A stretch of DNA of 64,000 nucleotides. Source: Isurus oxyrinchus (Eukaryota). The stretch spans positions 310,001-374,000 of the forward strand of contig JANJGN010000071.1 of NCBI GenBank assembly GCA_026770705.1, written 5' to 3'. Shown here one piece after another: positions 26,300 through 40,197 of the stretch (position 1 is its first letter; the number at the start of each line of letters is the position of its first letter). Position numbers and translations under genes: made by a program. Below the pieces are notes generated by a model. It saw only the letters and a list, made by a program, of their open reading frames with translations, was not told the origin of the DNA and did no database searches.

Positions 26300-26581
26300 A
26301 TGCTCCACAGAATCTCACATTTACTTCTCTTGAAATGATTAATGCTTCATCGATCAATATAATTGAGGGGAATTCTGCAGTGATAATCTGCTCTGTCGAG
26401 AGCTTCCCAGCTTCTAACCTGACGTGGCGACATCTTAATGTCCCAATGAACAGAACAAGTTCCAACAATGAGCTGTGGTTGGTGATTCCTCACGTTACAT
26501 CCAGGGACACTGGAGACTATCAGTGTGTGGCAGAGAATGAACATGGAGCAGTGGAGGGATTCATCACCATCACTGTGGAAT
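26300..26581 (+). CDS. Siglec-like receptor Ig C2-set exon (copy 1)
   Basis: ttag|AT...GAA T|gtgagt, 282 nt, phase 1-1; APQNL...CSVESFPASNLTW...DTGDYQCVAENEHG. Confidence 0.88.
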
Positions 26582-27335
26582 GTGAGTGTACACAGACTTC
26601 AACATCACTCACACACACACATACTCACACATGCAAAAACACTCATGTGTAGACACAAACATGCACGCTTACACACAAACATACGTTCAAACACATACAC
26701 AGAAACACACACAAACTCAACTCACACATACAAACATTCATGCGCACACAAAGACACACACATGCACACACACTCCCTCAAGCACAGACATACAGACATA
26801 CACACACAGACACACACACACACACACACACGCGTCCACACATGTGCTGACAGACACGCGCATACACACAAATACAAACTCACGTGCAGAAGTACACACA
26901 CAAGTGCGAGCTCCCTCTCCTCTTTCAGTTCTGCACTGGAGTCATGGTATCAGCTCCCATTCTGTGCTGAAGGAAGGTAAACTCCAGATCAGCAAGACCC
27001 TGAATTGGATGAGCAACCTCCTGAACAGAGAAATGTAGATTTAGCCCTCAGTGCTCCATCGATCAAATACAATTCATTGCCTATCAAGCCCTTGGGGATA
27101 TCTTGAGAGTGTTAAAGGATGTTTCTTTCATTCTAGAGGGTTAGCAACTCTACTGGCGGGAGGAAGCAACTGCAGTGTGACAGTTGACATAGGAAGTGTC
27201 CATTATAAATATGACAGTAATTTTTCATGAGGGAAGGTACCTGGAAAAGCATTCCAACATCAGATACAGAGAGATGATGCATGGAGTCTTGCTGTGCACT
27301 ATGCTTGCTCACATTAAAATCTTTATTTCTTTTAG

Positions 27336-27616
27336 ACGCACCCAGAATCTCTCAATTAATTCTCTTGATATGATTAACGCTTCATCGATCAATATAATTG
27401 AGGGGAATTCTGCAGTGATAATCTGCTCTGTCGAGAGCTTCCCAGCTTCTAACCTGACGTGGCGACATCTTAATGTCCCAATGAACAGAACAAGTTCCAG
27501 CAATGAGCTGTGGTTGGTGTTTCCTCATGTTACATCCAGGGACACTGGAGACTATCAGAGTGTGGCAGAGAATGAACATGGAGCAGTGGAGGGGTTCATA
27601 ACCATCACTGTGGAAC
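27336..27616 (+). pseudogene. Ig C2-set exon copy 2, defective
   Basis: 281 nt (1-nt deletion near start gives early TGA) and YQC changed to YQS; splice dinucleotides retained. Confidence 0.8.
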
Positions 27617-27656
27617 GTGAGTTACTGCAAACTTCAACATCACTCACACACGCACA

Positions 27657-27694
<38 letters not shown>

Positions 27695-28411
27695 CACACA
27701 GACACACACACACACAGACAGAAACCTGTAGGCACACACATGCATAATTATCCACACACAGTCATACACATACAAGCACATACACAGGAAAATACACACC
27801 CATCTGAAACACACACACACATTCATGCCCACACATAGACACACACATGCACATACTCTCACTCATGAACAGACGTAGACACACAGACACATGCGCATGC
27901 GCACACACAGACACACGTGTGCATACACACACAAACACACTCACATGTGCAGAAACACAAACACACAGATACACACACGTGAGTTCCCTCTCCTCTCTCA
28001 GTGCCGCACTGGAGTCTTGGTATCAGCTCCGATTCTGTGTTGAAGGAAGGTAAACTCCAGATCAACAAGACCCTGAATTGGATGAGCAACCTCCTGAACA
28101 GAGAATTGTAGATTTACCCCTCAGTGCTCCATCAATCAAATACAATTCATTGCCTGTCCAGCCCTTTGCGAAATCCTGAGGATGTGAAAGCAAGCTTCTT
28201 TCATTCTAGATGGACAACACCTCTACTGGTGGGAGAATGCAACTGCAGTGTGACAGTTTACATAGGCAGTGTCCATTAAAAATGTGGCATAAGACGTTAT
28301 CCTGAGGGAAGTTACCTGGAAATGCATTCAGACATCAGATACAGAGACATGATGCATGGAGTCTTGCTGTGCAATAGGTTTGCTCACATTAAACACTTGA
28401 TTTGTTTTTAG

Positions 28412-28693
28412 ATGCACCACAGGATCTCTCATTTACTTCGCTTAATATGATTTACGCTTCATCAATCAATATAATTGAGGGGAATTCTGCAGTGATAATC
28501 TGCTCTGTCGAGAGCTTCCCAGCTTCTAACCTGACGTGGCGACATCTTAATGTCCCAATGAACAGAACAAGTTCCAACAATGAGCTGTGGTTGGTGATTC
28601 CTCACGTTACATCCAGGGACACTGGAGACTATCAGTGTGTGGCAGAGAATGAACATGGAGCAGTGGAGGGATTCATAACCATCACTGTGGAAC
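28412..28693 (+). CDS. Siglec-like receptor Ig C2-set exon (copy 3)
   Basis: 282 nt, phase 1-1, both canonical cysteines intact. Confidence 0.88.
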
Positions 28694-29502
28694 GTGAGTG
28701 TGGAGATACATTTGTTTGTTTGTTGTCTCCGTGGTCTCCATGGAGCCATTGGGATCGTGTTGTTTTTAATCCAGTTTTCTTCAATCCTCGCTCAGTCCAC
28801 GTTATCCACACATCCAATTTTTCCTCTCCCTTTCTGTTTTTGCTCTCAGTTTCTCCTTCAATGGTTGTGAGGACAAGGCTGTCAGGTCTTCGTTTCCAAT
28901 CTCCGTACTTGACGACCTTTCTCTCTCTAACTGTCGTGAACAACCCTTTTAATTGCTGAACTTCTCATTCTTTAATTGATAAATATTATATATAAATGTT
29001 ACATGTTGAAATGCAACACCTGTATTCATAAATTGCTTAGAAATTACTAAACATTCAACAGCCAATGCAGCATTATCGAAGTGAGCTCACTGTTGTAATG
29101 TAGGAAACACAGGTACTGATTTGTGCACAGCAAGATCCCGCAAACCACCGTGTGATAATGACCTGATAGTCGATTATTTCAGTGAGGTTGGTTGTTACAT
29201 GTGTAGAGACTACATACCCTTTAGGGAGGGAAGCATGTCTCGATGTGGATGTGACTCCAGTCTCAGACACCATCATGGTTAACTCTTACCTGCCCTCTGA
29301 ACTGCTCTCCCAGTTTGGGACAAACCAGTGGTTCAGGAGGAAGACCCCCCACCACCTTCTCAAGGGAAACTAGGCATGGACAATAAATGTCAGCATTGCC
29401 CGAGAATGAGTATTTAAACACTGAGTGAGTGTATCGCTTCTCGAGATACATCGGAGCATCATTGTAAACCTGTAGTGCAGTAATTAATGGCTGTTTTTAC
29501 AG

Positions 29503-29599
29503 GTAGAGACTCCAGTAAATGGACAGTAGGATTGTTCACGGCTGGGATCATGTTGAGTGTTTTCCTGGCTGGAATCTTCATCTTCATCTGTGTGAGAAA
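29503..29599 (+). CDS. Transmembrane exon (RRDSSKWTVGLFTAGIMLSVFLAGIFIFICVRK)
   Basis: tttttacag acceptor, gtaagt donor, phase 1-2, uncharged hydrophobic span followed by basic residues. Confidence 0.88.
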
Positions 29600-29631
29600 G
29601 TAAGTCTGAAGATTTAACTTGATTTTAATAT

Positions 29632-30100
29632 AAACATTTGCTTCAATGTTCTTTCCTTAAGTCGGTGATTGTTTCCCTTGGGATCAGCACCAGGTCCCTC
29701 TCTGTAAGTGATCCCTGTGTCCACTCTGATCCGGAGAGAACCTTTCAATGTCCTGTATCCAGGTAAACCATCACGAGACCCAGAGATTCCTCACTCTGCA
29801 CGATTACTCCGGGATAAATATTTGCTTCAATGTTCTTTCCTTAAGTCGGTGATTGTTTCCCTTGGGATCAGCACCAGGTCCCTCTCCGTAACTGGTCCCT
29901 GTGTCCACTATGATCCGGAGAGAACCTTTCATTGTCCTGTATCCAGTAAACAATCACGAGACCCAGAGATTCCTCACTCTGCACGATTACTCCTGGATAA
30001 ATATTTGCTTCAATGTTCTTTCCTGAAGTCGGTGATTGTTTCCCTTGTGTTAAGCACTAGATGCCTCTCCGTAACTGGTCTCTTTTGTCCCTTACGATCC
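29632..30100 (+). repeat. ~184-bp tandem repeat, ~2.5 copies, in the intron after the TM exon
   Basis: tttgcttcaatgttctttcc at 29637, 29821, 30004. Confidence 0.85.
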
Positions 30101-30660
30101 AGACAGTGTTTTTCATTGCCCGTTATCCAGATGAATAATAATCAGTTGCTGTGATCTGGAAGGTGCTGCCTGAAAGGGCGCTGGAAGCAGATTTAATAGG
30201 ATCTTTCAAAAGGGGAATTGGATAAATATTTGAAGGGGGAACATTTGAAGGGCTATGGGGGGAAGAGCAGGGGTGGAGGGGGGGTCAAAGATATGGCGTG
30301 TCATTATAATGATATTATACCTTAGGCTTATTTATTGTACAAGAAACAAAGCACCAATCGCTCACAGGGATTGGGTGAGAATGTTAATGATTTGTTTATC
30401 AAGACTCGGCACGAGAACAGTTATACATATGGAGAAAGATTGAAGGTATCAGAGCTGTGAGTGTGTGCTCTGCTCAAAGCAAAAGTCAAACTAAGATTGG
30501 ATCACATGACACACTTCCATTATAGTGATGTCACGCTGATATCCCTTATTGGAACTAGAGACAGTCCATTCGTTGGTGTAAGGTTACACTGGGCTCTGTG
30601 TCTGTGCTGCACTGACTCTCTGCTATATGATAACCACAGTGTGATATTGTGTTATTGCAG

Positions 30661-30742
30661 GAGAAAGACAGCGATGGAGGAGAGAGTTTCAGGGACCAGT
30701 GACATTGCATTGACCCCCAGTCCACTCTCTGTGAAGTACCAG
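30661..30742 (+). CDS. Cytoplasmic exon 1 (RKTAMEERVSGTSDIALTPSPLSVKYQ)
   Basis: ttgcag acceptor, CAG|gtacag donor, phase 2-0 bridges the TM and terminal exons in frame. Confidence 0.78.
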
Positions 30743-31790
30743 GTACAGGAGCTGTTTACACTCACTCCAAAGCTTCAATCTCAGTGTGTAGACAACACAT
30801 GTCCCAGATTCCCAGCCAGGTTACCCACAGATATCTACCTGTGGAGTCAGATATGGCTCAGTAGGTAGCATTGTCTCTCGCTCCCTCCCCCTCTTCCCTC
30901 CATCACTCGCTCTTTGACCAGAAACCTGAACGCAATAATGACAAGGCACCAGATGTCAGTAGTGAGGGAGTGCTGCACTGTCCTAGGGCCTGTGCTGAGG
31001 GAGTGCTGGAGTGTCAGAAGGTCAGTACTGAGGGAGTGTTGCACTGTCAGAGGGTCTGTACTGAGGGAGAGCTAGACTGTCAGAGGGTCAGTACTGAGGG
31101 AGTGCTGCGCTGTCATAGGGTCAGTACTGAGGGAGTGCTGGACTGTCGGATGGTCAGTACTGAGGGAGTGCTGCACTGTCGGAGGGCCAGTACTGAGGGA
31201 GTGCTGCACTGTCGGATGGTCAGTACTGAGGACAGTACTGAGTGAGTGCTGCACTGTCAAAGAGTCCATTTTCAAGGGGTGCTGCCCTCTTGAAGGGGCA
31301 GTTCCGAGGGAGTGCTGCACTGTCAGCAGAGAGCACTGAGAGAACATTGCAGTGTTCGAGATGCCTCTTTCAGAATAGTTGTATAATGCTGACCATGTTT
31401 ACCATCTTATCTGGTACCATGGCCACATTTCCAACACTGTAGCAGTGTCGCCCTTCAATAAAATTCCTTCATTGGCGTGAGGTTCTTTGTGTGTCTGTGT
31501 TTGTGAATAATGGGGCACAAATCTCATGATTGGGATGGTAACATAGGACTTCAAGACTCAGGTCTGCGATAGCGAGAGAGATTACATGATAAATAGAGAG
31601 AGAAAGCAAGAGAGAGAGAGAGAAAGAGAGACAGAGAAAGAGATTGAAAAAAAGGAGACAGAGAAAGAGAGTGAAAAAGAGGGTTAAACCCATTGAGACA
31701 TGACTGACAGTAACGAGGCTGCAGAATAACTTAACCCTATCAGTGCCAGTAAATGATGTGAGGATGTCTTCTGTTTCTATTTCTCTGTAG

Positions 31791-32039
31791 GGCAAACAGA
31801 ACGTGCTGATTACTGAGCCCCAGAACACAACCAGAGACACAACTAGTGAGGGGGAGACCCCAGCTCCCCGGGGTCTCTCTGAAGGTCCAGTGGGAGGCGA
31901 TGTTGGACATGGAAACCCCGACAAACCCGACGAGCTTTTCTACGCCAACATCAACTTTTCAAAGCTGCCCGGCGGTGACAGGACTGTGCACAGGAGCGAG
32001 GACACGGAATACGCACAGATCAGGTTCCAGAAAAACTGA
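31791..32039 (+). CDS. Terminal cytoplasmic exon with ITIM (LFYANI) and ITSM/ITIM-like motif (TEYAQI)
   Basis: ttctctgtag acceptor, 249 nt to TGA; motif pair typical of inhibitory Siglecs. Confidence 0.88.
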   Translation, partial: GKQNVLITEPQNTTRDTTSEGETPAPRGLSEGPVGGDVGHGNPDKPDELFYANINFSKLPGGDRTVHRSEDTEYAQIRFQKN

Positions 32040-32229
32040 GTGTGAAACAGGGAGCGGGGCTGTGGGGTGTGTGCAGCCAACATGGCCAAATAGTAATGAA
32101 CACAAATATGATGTTGCTCAACTTTTTTTTATTGGTTTTAACTGAGCTTTCTGAATGCTGCACCTTTTTCCATGCTGTAAAAGATTGTGAGAAGCTTATG
32201 AATTATGTATAATTTTACATCTGTTAATA

Positions 32230-34300
32230 CAAGGTGAGGTGACAGTGACTGCCTTTGACATCAAGTCTGCATTTGACCGAGTGTGGCATCTAGGATCCCA
32301 AGTAAAACTGGAGTCAATGTGAATCAGGGGTGGTACGAAAGTATAATAATTTGCTTAATATTTTCCTGGTTTGTTGTAAACTAGGTTTATGGGTGTGAGT
32401 GTAGATGGGTCTGTCTGTGTAGTTTAATTACATCTGGAGACAGGTACACTGCAAGTTTGAGATTATCAAAAGAAGCTAGATGTAGAAATGTACTTGAAAT
32501 GCTAATGAGAACACATGGAGGCTGCCTTAGCATGTAAGGTGTGAAGGGGCTGTTTAGATTTCAAAGGGATGTTGGTCTGTTTAGGACAAGCCCAATAAGC
32601 AAAGCTAAGGAGTTTTTTTTTTAATTTTACCCAAACTTCATTGACAATATTGGCAACATGAAAGTTTATATTATGGGAAAGGTACAGTTCCAAAGAATTT
32701 ACACATCAAAGAGAGAGAAACATGTATAAAGGAGAATGAAAGGCTATGTTGGGGGCCATGTAAGATCTAACAGGAGTGTGTGAAACAGGCTTGAAGAAGC
32801 CTCCAGGCATTTGTGCATAAGTCTGTTATGTTCAGTAAATAAAGTTGGAGAAATCCATTTAGAATTCCAGTGTCAAGTGTGTGCTGTGTTAACTCGCTGG
32901 GTTTGTTTTTAATCTAAAATCTTATTTTGGACTGTTGCCTTAAACAGGCTCTGTAACTGGGAGTCAGGTTAATTAGGAATTTGAGAATATATTTTAGCTG
33001 TAACTAACCGTGGTATTATGTCTGTGCTTGAAATCTTTTATTTTGTTAATAAATATCTTAATTGAATTTTTAAAATCTCTAAAGGTTGTGGTCAACTCAT
33101 TACTCCTGAATTCAGTGCACACTTCTTGTAATAAATACAAATTGCAAAACTATTGTGATAGCATGACCAATTTTCCCTTGTGGATTTGGAGCACCAAGCA
33201 CACATCATCTGCCATGTCATGTCACAGGGAAAACTCTCCACTCGTTGGATTCATACCAAGTACAAAGGAAGGTGGTTGTGGTTGTTGGAGGTCAGTCATC
33301 TCAGTTCCAGGACATCACTGCAGGAGTTGCTCAGTGTAGTGTCCTAGGCCCAACCATCTTCAGCTGCTTCATCAATGACATTCATTCTATCAGATGGTCA
33401 GAATTATGGAAGGTCGCTGATGATTGCACAACGTTCAACATCATTCATGACTCATCAGATGCTGAAGCAGTCCATGTCCAAATGCAGCAAGACCTGGACA
33501 ATATCCAGGCTTGGCCTGACAAGTGGCAAGTAACATTCATGCCACACAAGTGCCAGGCAATGACCATTTCCGACCAGAGAGAATATATCTATCTCCCCTT
33601 AATGTCCAATAGCATCACCATTGCTGAATCCCACACTATCAACACTCTGGGGGTTACCAATGACTAGAAACTGAACTGTACTAGCCATATAAACACTGTG
33701 ACTATAAGAGCAGGCCAGAGCCTGGGAATCCTGTGGTGAGTAACTCACCTCCTGACTCCCCAAAGCCTGTCCACCAACCTCAAGGCACAGGTCACAAGTG
33801 ATGGAATACTCTCCACTTTCCTAGATGAGTGCAGCTCCAACAACACTCAAGAAGCTCGACACCGTCCAGGACAAAGCAGCCCCGCTTGATTTGCGCCCCG
33901 TCCACAAACATTCTCTCCCTCTACAACTGACGCACAGTGGCAGCAGTGTGTGTACCATCTACAAGATGCAATGCAGGGAGTCACCAAGCCTCCTTAGACA
34001 GCACCTTCCAAACACATGATCACTACCATCTAGAAGGACAAGGGCAGCAGACACATGGGAACACCACCACCTGGAAGTTCCCCTCCAAGTCACTCACCAT
34101 CCTGACTTGGAAATATATCACCGTTCCTTCACTGTCGCTGGGTCAGAATCCTGCAACACCCTCCCAAACAGTTCTGTGGGTGTACATACACCACAGAGAC
34201 TGCAGCAGCTCAGGAAGGCAGCTCACCCCCATATTCTCAAGGACAATTAGGGATGGGCAATAAATTCTGGCCTAGCCAGTGTCAGTGAATGAATACAAAA
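32230..34300 (+). mobile_element. CR1-group LINE 3' half interrupted by an LTR-like insert
   Basis: FDIKSAFDRVWH, SVLGPTIFSCFIND, ADDCT, QQDLDNIQAW. Confidence 0.85.
32331..33226 (+). mobile_element. Probable solo LTR (TG...CA, ~0.9 kb)
   Basis: Splits LINE sequence atcagggg|gggaaaactctcc; TATAAA ~32725, AATAAA ~33048; G-run TSD. Confidence 0.6.
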
Positions 34301-35577
34301 AAGAAGCAATTAAAATGCCCTGACATTTCTGTACATTTTTATCAAATTAAATACGTACTCTGCTGAATAATTCCATTCTCCAAGGCACCACTTCCTGTTG
34401 TCACATGCCCTTCTGATTATTTAAATTCCTGTGTCATTGGTAATGGAACATTCCCATGTAAACATGTCACACTGTAATTATAACCTCCTGCCAGTGGTGG
34501 TGCTCTAGAGTCCTAGTTTTGCTTCTCTGAGACTGGAGGATCTCGATACGTTGTGTTTACAATATTAGTAATACTCAGGAGTGACCAAGGAGATTCTTTT
34601 GGCCAAGTTTACGATGTTGCTAAGATACAATGGCCCGGTGGGATTTTTCCTACTGCGTTTACAAGGTTGAATTGAAGAGATTTTTGAAGTGTCTGGCACA
34701 GTTTTATTAAGGTCCCCTCACATCCAATCTGGTGTCACTGGGTTCAGTTCTGGGTCCGGCACCTCAGGGAGGATATACTGTCCTCGGAGGGGGTGCTGTG
34801 CAGAGTCACCAGGATGATCCCGGGGCTGAAAGGGTTAAATCCCGAGGACAGGTTGCACAGACCAGGCTTGTGTTCCCTCGAGTCTCAAAGATTAAGGGGT
34901 GATCTAATCGAGGGGTTTAAGATGAGCCGTCTCTGTGACCTGCTTCAACCCTGTGAGTCAGCAATGACAACATGAGTTGATGTTAGCCTGATATGTAGTG
35001 CATGGAGGGATATTACTCTCCAGGGTGTGTGTGCATCACAGTGCTCATTCACATGTGTTCCATGTGCACCTACATCAGCTGTGTAGACATACAAGCCTCA
35101 ATGCTGCATCCGGGGAATGTGCCATGTCTCACACCTTAGCTGCAGCACGACCCTTCCCTTGGAGCTCTGTGTGCTCGAGACCTATTTTGTTATTTTTTCC
35201 TGCTGTCTCTGTGTCCCCCGACCCGGGAGTGAAAATCCAGCCTTAACTTCCACTTTCTAGTGTCTGAGACAAGAGGCAATGAGTGAGTGGGCTGACGGTC
35301 AGGATTAATGCTGTTAATCTGTGTTTGAGGGGCTGTGAATTCTCGGGGGACTAGTTACTCTCTGAGCAGCAGCTTCCAAATCCTTATTTGATGCCGTGCA
35401 TGTGGGGTTGGAAGATTTTTTTTAAAACCACAGGCAGTTCACAGAAACCCACAGGAAACCCACAGAGAGACAATCACTGGAATACACACTCACTCCTTGT
35501 GGTTTCACCTTTTAACCACATCCTGTCTGTGTGGCTTAAATGTTAAACACAGCGGCCACACTCAGGGAGGTATCACT

Positions 35578-36102
35578 NNNNNNNNNNNNNNNNNNNNNNN
35601 NNNNNNNNNNNNNNNNNNNNNNNNNNNNNNNNNNNNNNNNNNNNNNNNNNNNNNNNNNNNNNNNNNNNNNNNNNNNNNNNNNNNNNNNNNNNNNNNNNNN
35701 NNNNNNNNNNNNNNNNNNNNNNNNNNNNNNNNNNNNNNNNNNNNNNNNNNNNNNNNNNNNNNNNNNNNNNNNNNNNNNNNNNNNNNNNNNNNNNNNNNAG
35801 ACACACCCACTCACACACACACAGACACACACACACACTCTCACTCACACACATACAGACATGTACACACANNNNNNNNNNNNNNNNNNNNNNNNNNNNN
35901 NNNNNNNNNNNNNNNNNNNNNNNNNNNNNNNNNNNNNNNNNNNNNNNNNNNNNNNNNNNNNNNNNNNNNNNNNNNNNNNNNNNNNNNNNNNNNNNNNNNN
36001 NNNNNNNNNNNNNNNNNNNNNNNNNNNNNNNNNNNNNNNNNNNNNNNNNNNNNNNNNNNNNNNNNNNNNNNNNNNNNNNNNNNNNNNNNNNNNNNNNNNN
36101 NN
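35578..36102. other. N gaps (35578-35798, 35872-36102; also 39230-39386) within CA/GA tracts
   Basis: Runs of n. Confidence 0.99.
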
Positions 36103-37504
36103 ACACACTTACAGACACACACATACACACATACTCACACACACAGACTCACTCACACACACACACTGACACACACACACACAGACACACACACTCACAC
36201 ACACAGACACACACACACACTCTCACACACACTCACAGACACGCTCACACACATACACAAACACGCATACACACGATCACAGACTTACAGACAGACACAA
36301 ACACACTCACATTCTCACACACACAGACTCACTCACACACACACAAACACACACACAAATATCCTGACAGCAAACTGTGATTAAGAGCTTCCTACAACTT
36401 AACTAACAGACCAAAAACATATTGAACTGTCTAAAAGTGACCTGTTTTTCAAAGAAATACAAGATTGTACACAGATCAAAAATGGCTGACACAAGTCATC
36501 TGATTGCTGATACTGTGAAGTTGATCACTTCTCTGGAACGGTTCAAATGAATTGCACTGCAGACCTGTTGCATCGAAGTTCATGCCTGGCTAGTGTCAGG
36601 GTCCACTTCAAACAGGGACACTCTTAAAAGGAAGGCATTAAAATGCAAAGTGCTGGACTTTGATCAGCTGTAGTTCTATCAAAACAGTGGGAACTGCTCA
36701 TCAAGCGGATAATCATCAGCCATTCAAAACCGCCTGTGGAGGATACAATACCCCCGTCTCCTGTTGATTTATATCTTGAAATGCATCAAATGTTTCAGAG
36801 ATGCAAAGATAAAAAATGGGAATACTTGGTCTATAACAATGAATGCAAAACATGCTGATTGAATTCCCTTCAGGAATATACAGACAGGAGTTTAACAACA
36901 GGTTCTGTCATGCAGATATAAGAGAAAGTAGGAGGAAAAAGAAAGATGGCAGTCACCCAAAAACACTGCTGGAAAATAGCAGAAATTCTCTCTCTCCCTC
37001 TCTCTCTCTCTTTCTAAAGCTAACAGAGCATCTTCAACAAAGTGCAAATCTGAATCAAATCATCACAAGGATGCCACAGGAAACCAATTAACTTTGAAGA
37101 GCTGCAACCTTCAACAACCTACACCTCAAAGACAAGCAAATGTGCTAATCATGTATTCTTTTAAATTTTTTTAAACTTTTTAATTATGACATGTGTGTCT
37201 GTGTGTGTGTGTCTGTGTGAACGTGTGTGAAAATGTGTGTGTGTGTATGTGTGTGTGTGTGTATGTGTCTGCGTGTGTCTGTACGTTTTGTGTGTGTACC
37301 TGTGTGCATGTGTATTGTCACATCTTTATTCTTAATGTTATTTAAAAATAGTGATCACACAAGCCTGGTTTCTAAGGAAATGAAACTGCCAACAATTCAC
37401 AGTAAAGTGAAACGTACAGTAATAATCTATTTTGAGCTGATGATATATAATTATACATGAGGCATGTTGCTAATTTCAAACATCATCTAAAATATGGCAG
37501 GTCT

Positions 37505-38355
37505 GACAGACCAGCATTTCCTCAGCGCTCACCCTCCGACAGTGCAGCACTCCCTCAGCACTGAGCCTCCGACAGTGCAGCATTTCCTCAGTGCCCACCC
37601 TCTGACAGTGCAGCACTCCCTCAGTACTGACCCTCTGACAGTGCAGCACTCCCTCAGCACTGACACTCTGACAGTGCAGCACTCCCTCAGTACTGACCCT
37701 CTGACAGTGCAGCACTCCCTCAGTACTGACCCTCTGACAGTGCAGCACTCCCTCAGTACTGACCCTATGACAGAGCAGCATTCCCTCAGTGCTCACCCTC
37801 TGACAGTGCAGCACTCCCTCAGTACTGACCCTCCGACAGTGCAGCACTTCCTCAGCACTTACCCTTTGACAGTGTGGCACTCCCTCAACACTGACCCTCC
37901 GACAGTTCAGCACTGCCTCAGTACTGTCCTTTGACAGTGCAGCACTCCCTCAGCATTGACCCTCTGGGAGTGCAGCACTCCCTCAGTACTGACCCTCTGG
38001 GAGTGCAACACTCCCTCAGTGCTGACTCTCCGACAGTGCAGCACTCCCTCAGTACTGACCCTCCGACAGTGCAGCACTCCCTCAGTACTGAACCTCTGAC
38101 AGTGCTGCACTCCCTCAGTACTGACCCTCCGACAGTGCAGCACTCCCTCAGTACTGACCCTCTGGGAGCGCAACACTCCCTCAGTGCTGACTCTCCGACA
38201 GTGCAGCACTCCCTCAGTACTGACCCTCTGACAGTGCAGCACTCCCTCAGTATTGAACCTCTGATAGTGCTGCACTCCCTCAGTACTGACCCTCCGACAG
38301 TGCAGCACTCCCTCAGTACTGACCCTCCAACAGTGCAGCACTCCCTCAGCACTCC
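37505..38355 (+). repeat. 33-bp minisatellite array
   Basis: ~25 tandem units. Confidence 0.95.
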
Positions 38356-38867
38356 CTCACTGGGGAGAGTCCGTCTGTATTTTGAGCTGAAACCTTGAGA
38401 TGGTCTCAATACCCCAAACTTCCATCTTGGAGAGAGAGAGTGCGTTTGTGTGAGAGGGAGAGACAATGTATGTGTGAGAGAGAGAGAGTGTGTGTGAGAG
38501 AAAGACAATGTCTATGTGGCAGTGAGAGAGAGTTTATGTGTGAGAGAGAAAGATAGAGAGAGAATGTGTGTGTGAGATAGTGTGTGTGCAAAAGAGACTG
38601 TGTGTCTGTGAGAGAGTTGGTGTATGTGAGAGACTGTGTGTGAGATCATGTGTGTGTATGTGTTTGAGAGAGAGGGTGTGTGTTTTTGAGAGAGGGAGTG
38701 TGCGAGAAAGATGGTGTGTGTGTTTGAAAGAAAGGGAGATTGTGCGTTTGAGAGAGGGAGTGAGAGAGAACATGTGTGTGAGAGAGTATCTGTGTATGTG
38801 TGTGCGTGAAAGAGTGTTTGTACAAAAGAGTGTGTGTTTGAGAGCATGTGTGCATGTGTGTTTGTGT

Positions 38868-38904
<37 letters not shown>

Positions 38905-40197
38905 TGTGTGTGTGTGTGTGTGTGTGTGCATTCTGACTGAGCCAAGTTCACAGTTTCACACGTTGCTAGGGACCACTTTTCCGCCTCTCTGTCAGACTGT
39001 GTGTATCTGACAGCAGGTCAGGCAGAAATAGTCCAGAATGCGCTGTGGTTTTGTAGCACCCTCAGTCCTCCCTCACTGGGGAGAATCTGCCTGGGTTTTG
39101 AGCAGAAATCATGAGCACGTCTTAAAACCACAACCTTCCGTATTAGAGAGAGTGTGTCTGAGAGAGAGAGAGACAGAGAGAGACAGAGAGAGTCTGTGAG
39201 AGAGAAAAAGAGTTAGAAAGAGTGTGTACNNNNNNNNNNNNNNNNNNNNNNNNNNNNNNNNNNNNNNNNNNNNNNNNNNNNNNNNNNNNNNNNNNNNNNN
39301 NNNNNNNNNNNNNNNNNNNNNNNNNNNNNNNNNNNNNNNNNNNNNNNNNNNNNNNNNNNNNNNNNNNNNNNNNNNNNNNNNNNNNNTGTGTGTGTGAGGG
39401 AGAGATTGTGCGTATCAGAGAGAGTGTGTGTGTGTGAGGGAGGATGTGTGTGTGAGGGAGAGAGTGCATGAGAGTGAGAAAGAGGGAGACAGCAGAAGAG
39501 AAAGATAGAGAGAGATGGTAAATGTTTGAGAGAGAGAGAATGTATGTGTGTGAGAGAGAGAGAATGTGTGTGTGTGAGAGAGAGAGAATGTGTGTGTGTG
39601 AGAGAGAGATAGAGCACAGGAGTGTGATAGAGAGAGATTGTGAGTGTTAGAGAGAGAATGTGAGTGTGTGAGAGAGAGATAGAGCAGAAGAGTGTGATAG
39701 AGAGAGATTGTGAGTGTTAGAGAGAGAATGTGTGTGTGAGAGAGAGAGATAGAGCAGAAGAGTGCGATAGAGAGAGATTGTGTTTGTGAGAGAGAGAATG
39801 TGTGTGTGTGAGAGAGAGAGAGATAGAGCAGAAGAGTGTGATAGAGAGAGATTGTGAGTGTTAGAGAGAGAAGGTGTGTGTGTGAGAGAGAGAGAGAGAG
39901 CAGAAGAGTGCGATAGATAGATATTGTGAGGACTAAACTCACTGAGAGAAAAAGCTGGACACCCAGCACAGGGAGTGAGGGAACAATGAATTTTTGCCGT
40001 GTTTGGTGAATCCGTTTGCGATGTCCCTTCTCAATCTCTCCTTCCTTGTCTTGACGTTAGTTTACTCCCTGGGGCTGTTTAATTCCCTGAAAGGTGCCAT
40101 TTAAACACAAGTTGTTGTTGTTTGAGGAAGAAACACTGGAGACAATTTATGAAAAAGTCTCTGTCTTTATCATTTCCATTTAGATGAGGAACTGAAG

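Larger units (their letters stand above)
25560..28700 (+). repeat. Tandem triplication of a ~1.05 kb unit containing the C2-set exon
   Basis: Intron and exon sequence repeated three times, separated by CA-rich tracts. Confidence 0.9.

Noticed and set aside
24442-27038. His/Thr-rich and Cys/Val-rich ORFs
   Set aside because: Translations of CA/TG microsatellite
26300-32039. Assigning a specific symbol (CD22, MAG, CD33) to the Siglec pieces
   Set aside because: Family is clear but orthology cannot be determined without phylogeny
35497-36384. Long ORFs spanning N runs
   Set aside because: Artefact of gaps and CA repeats
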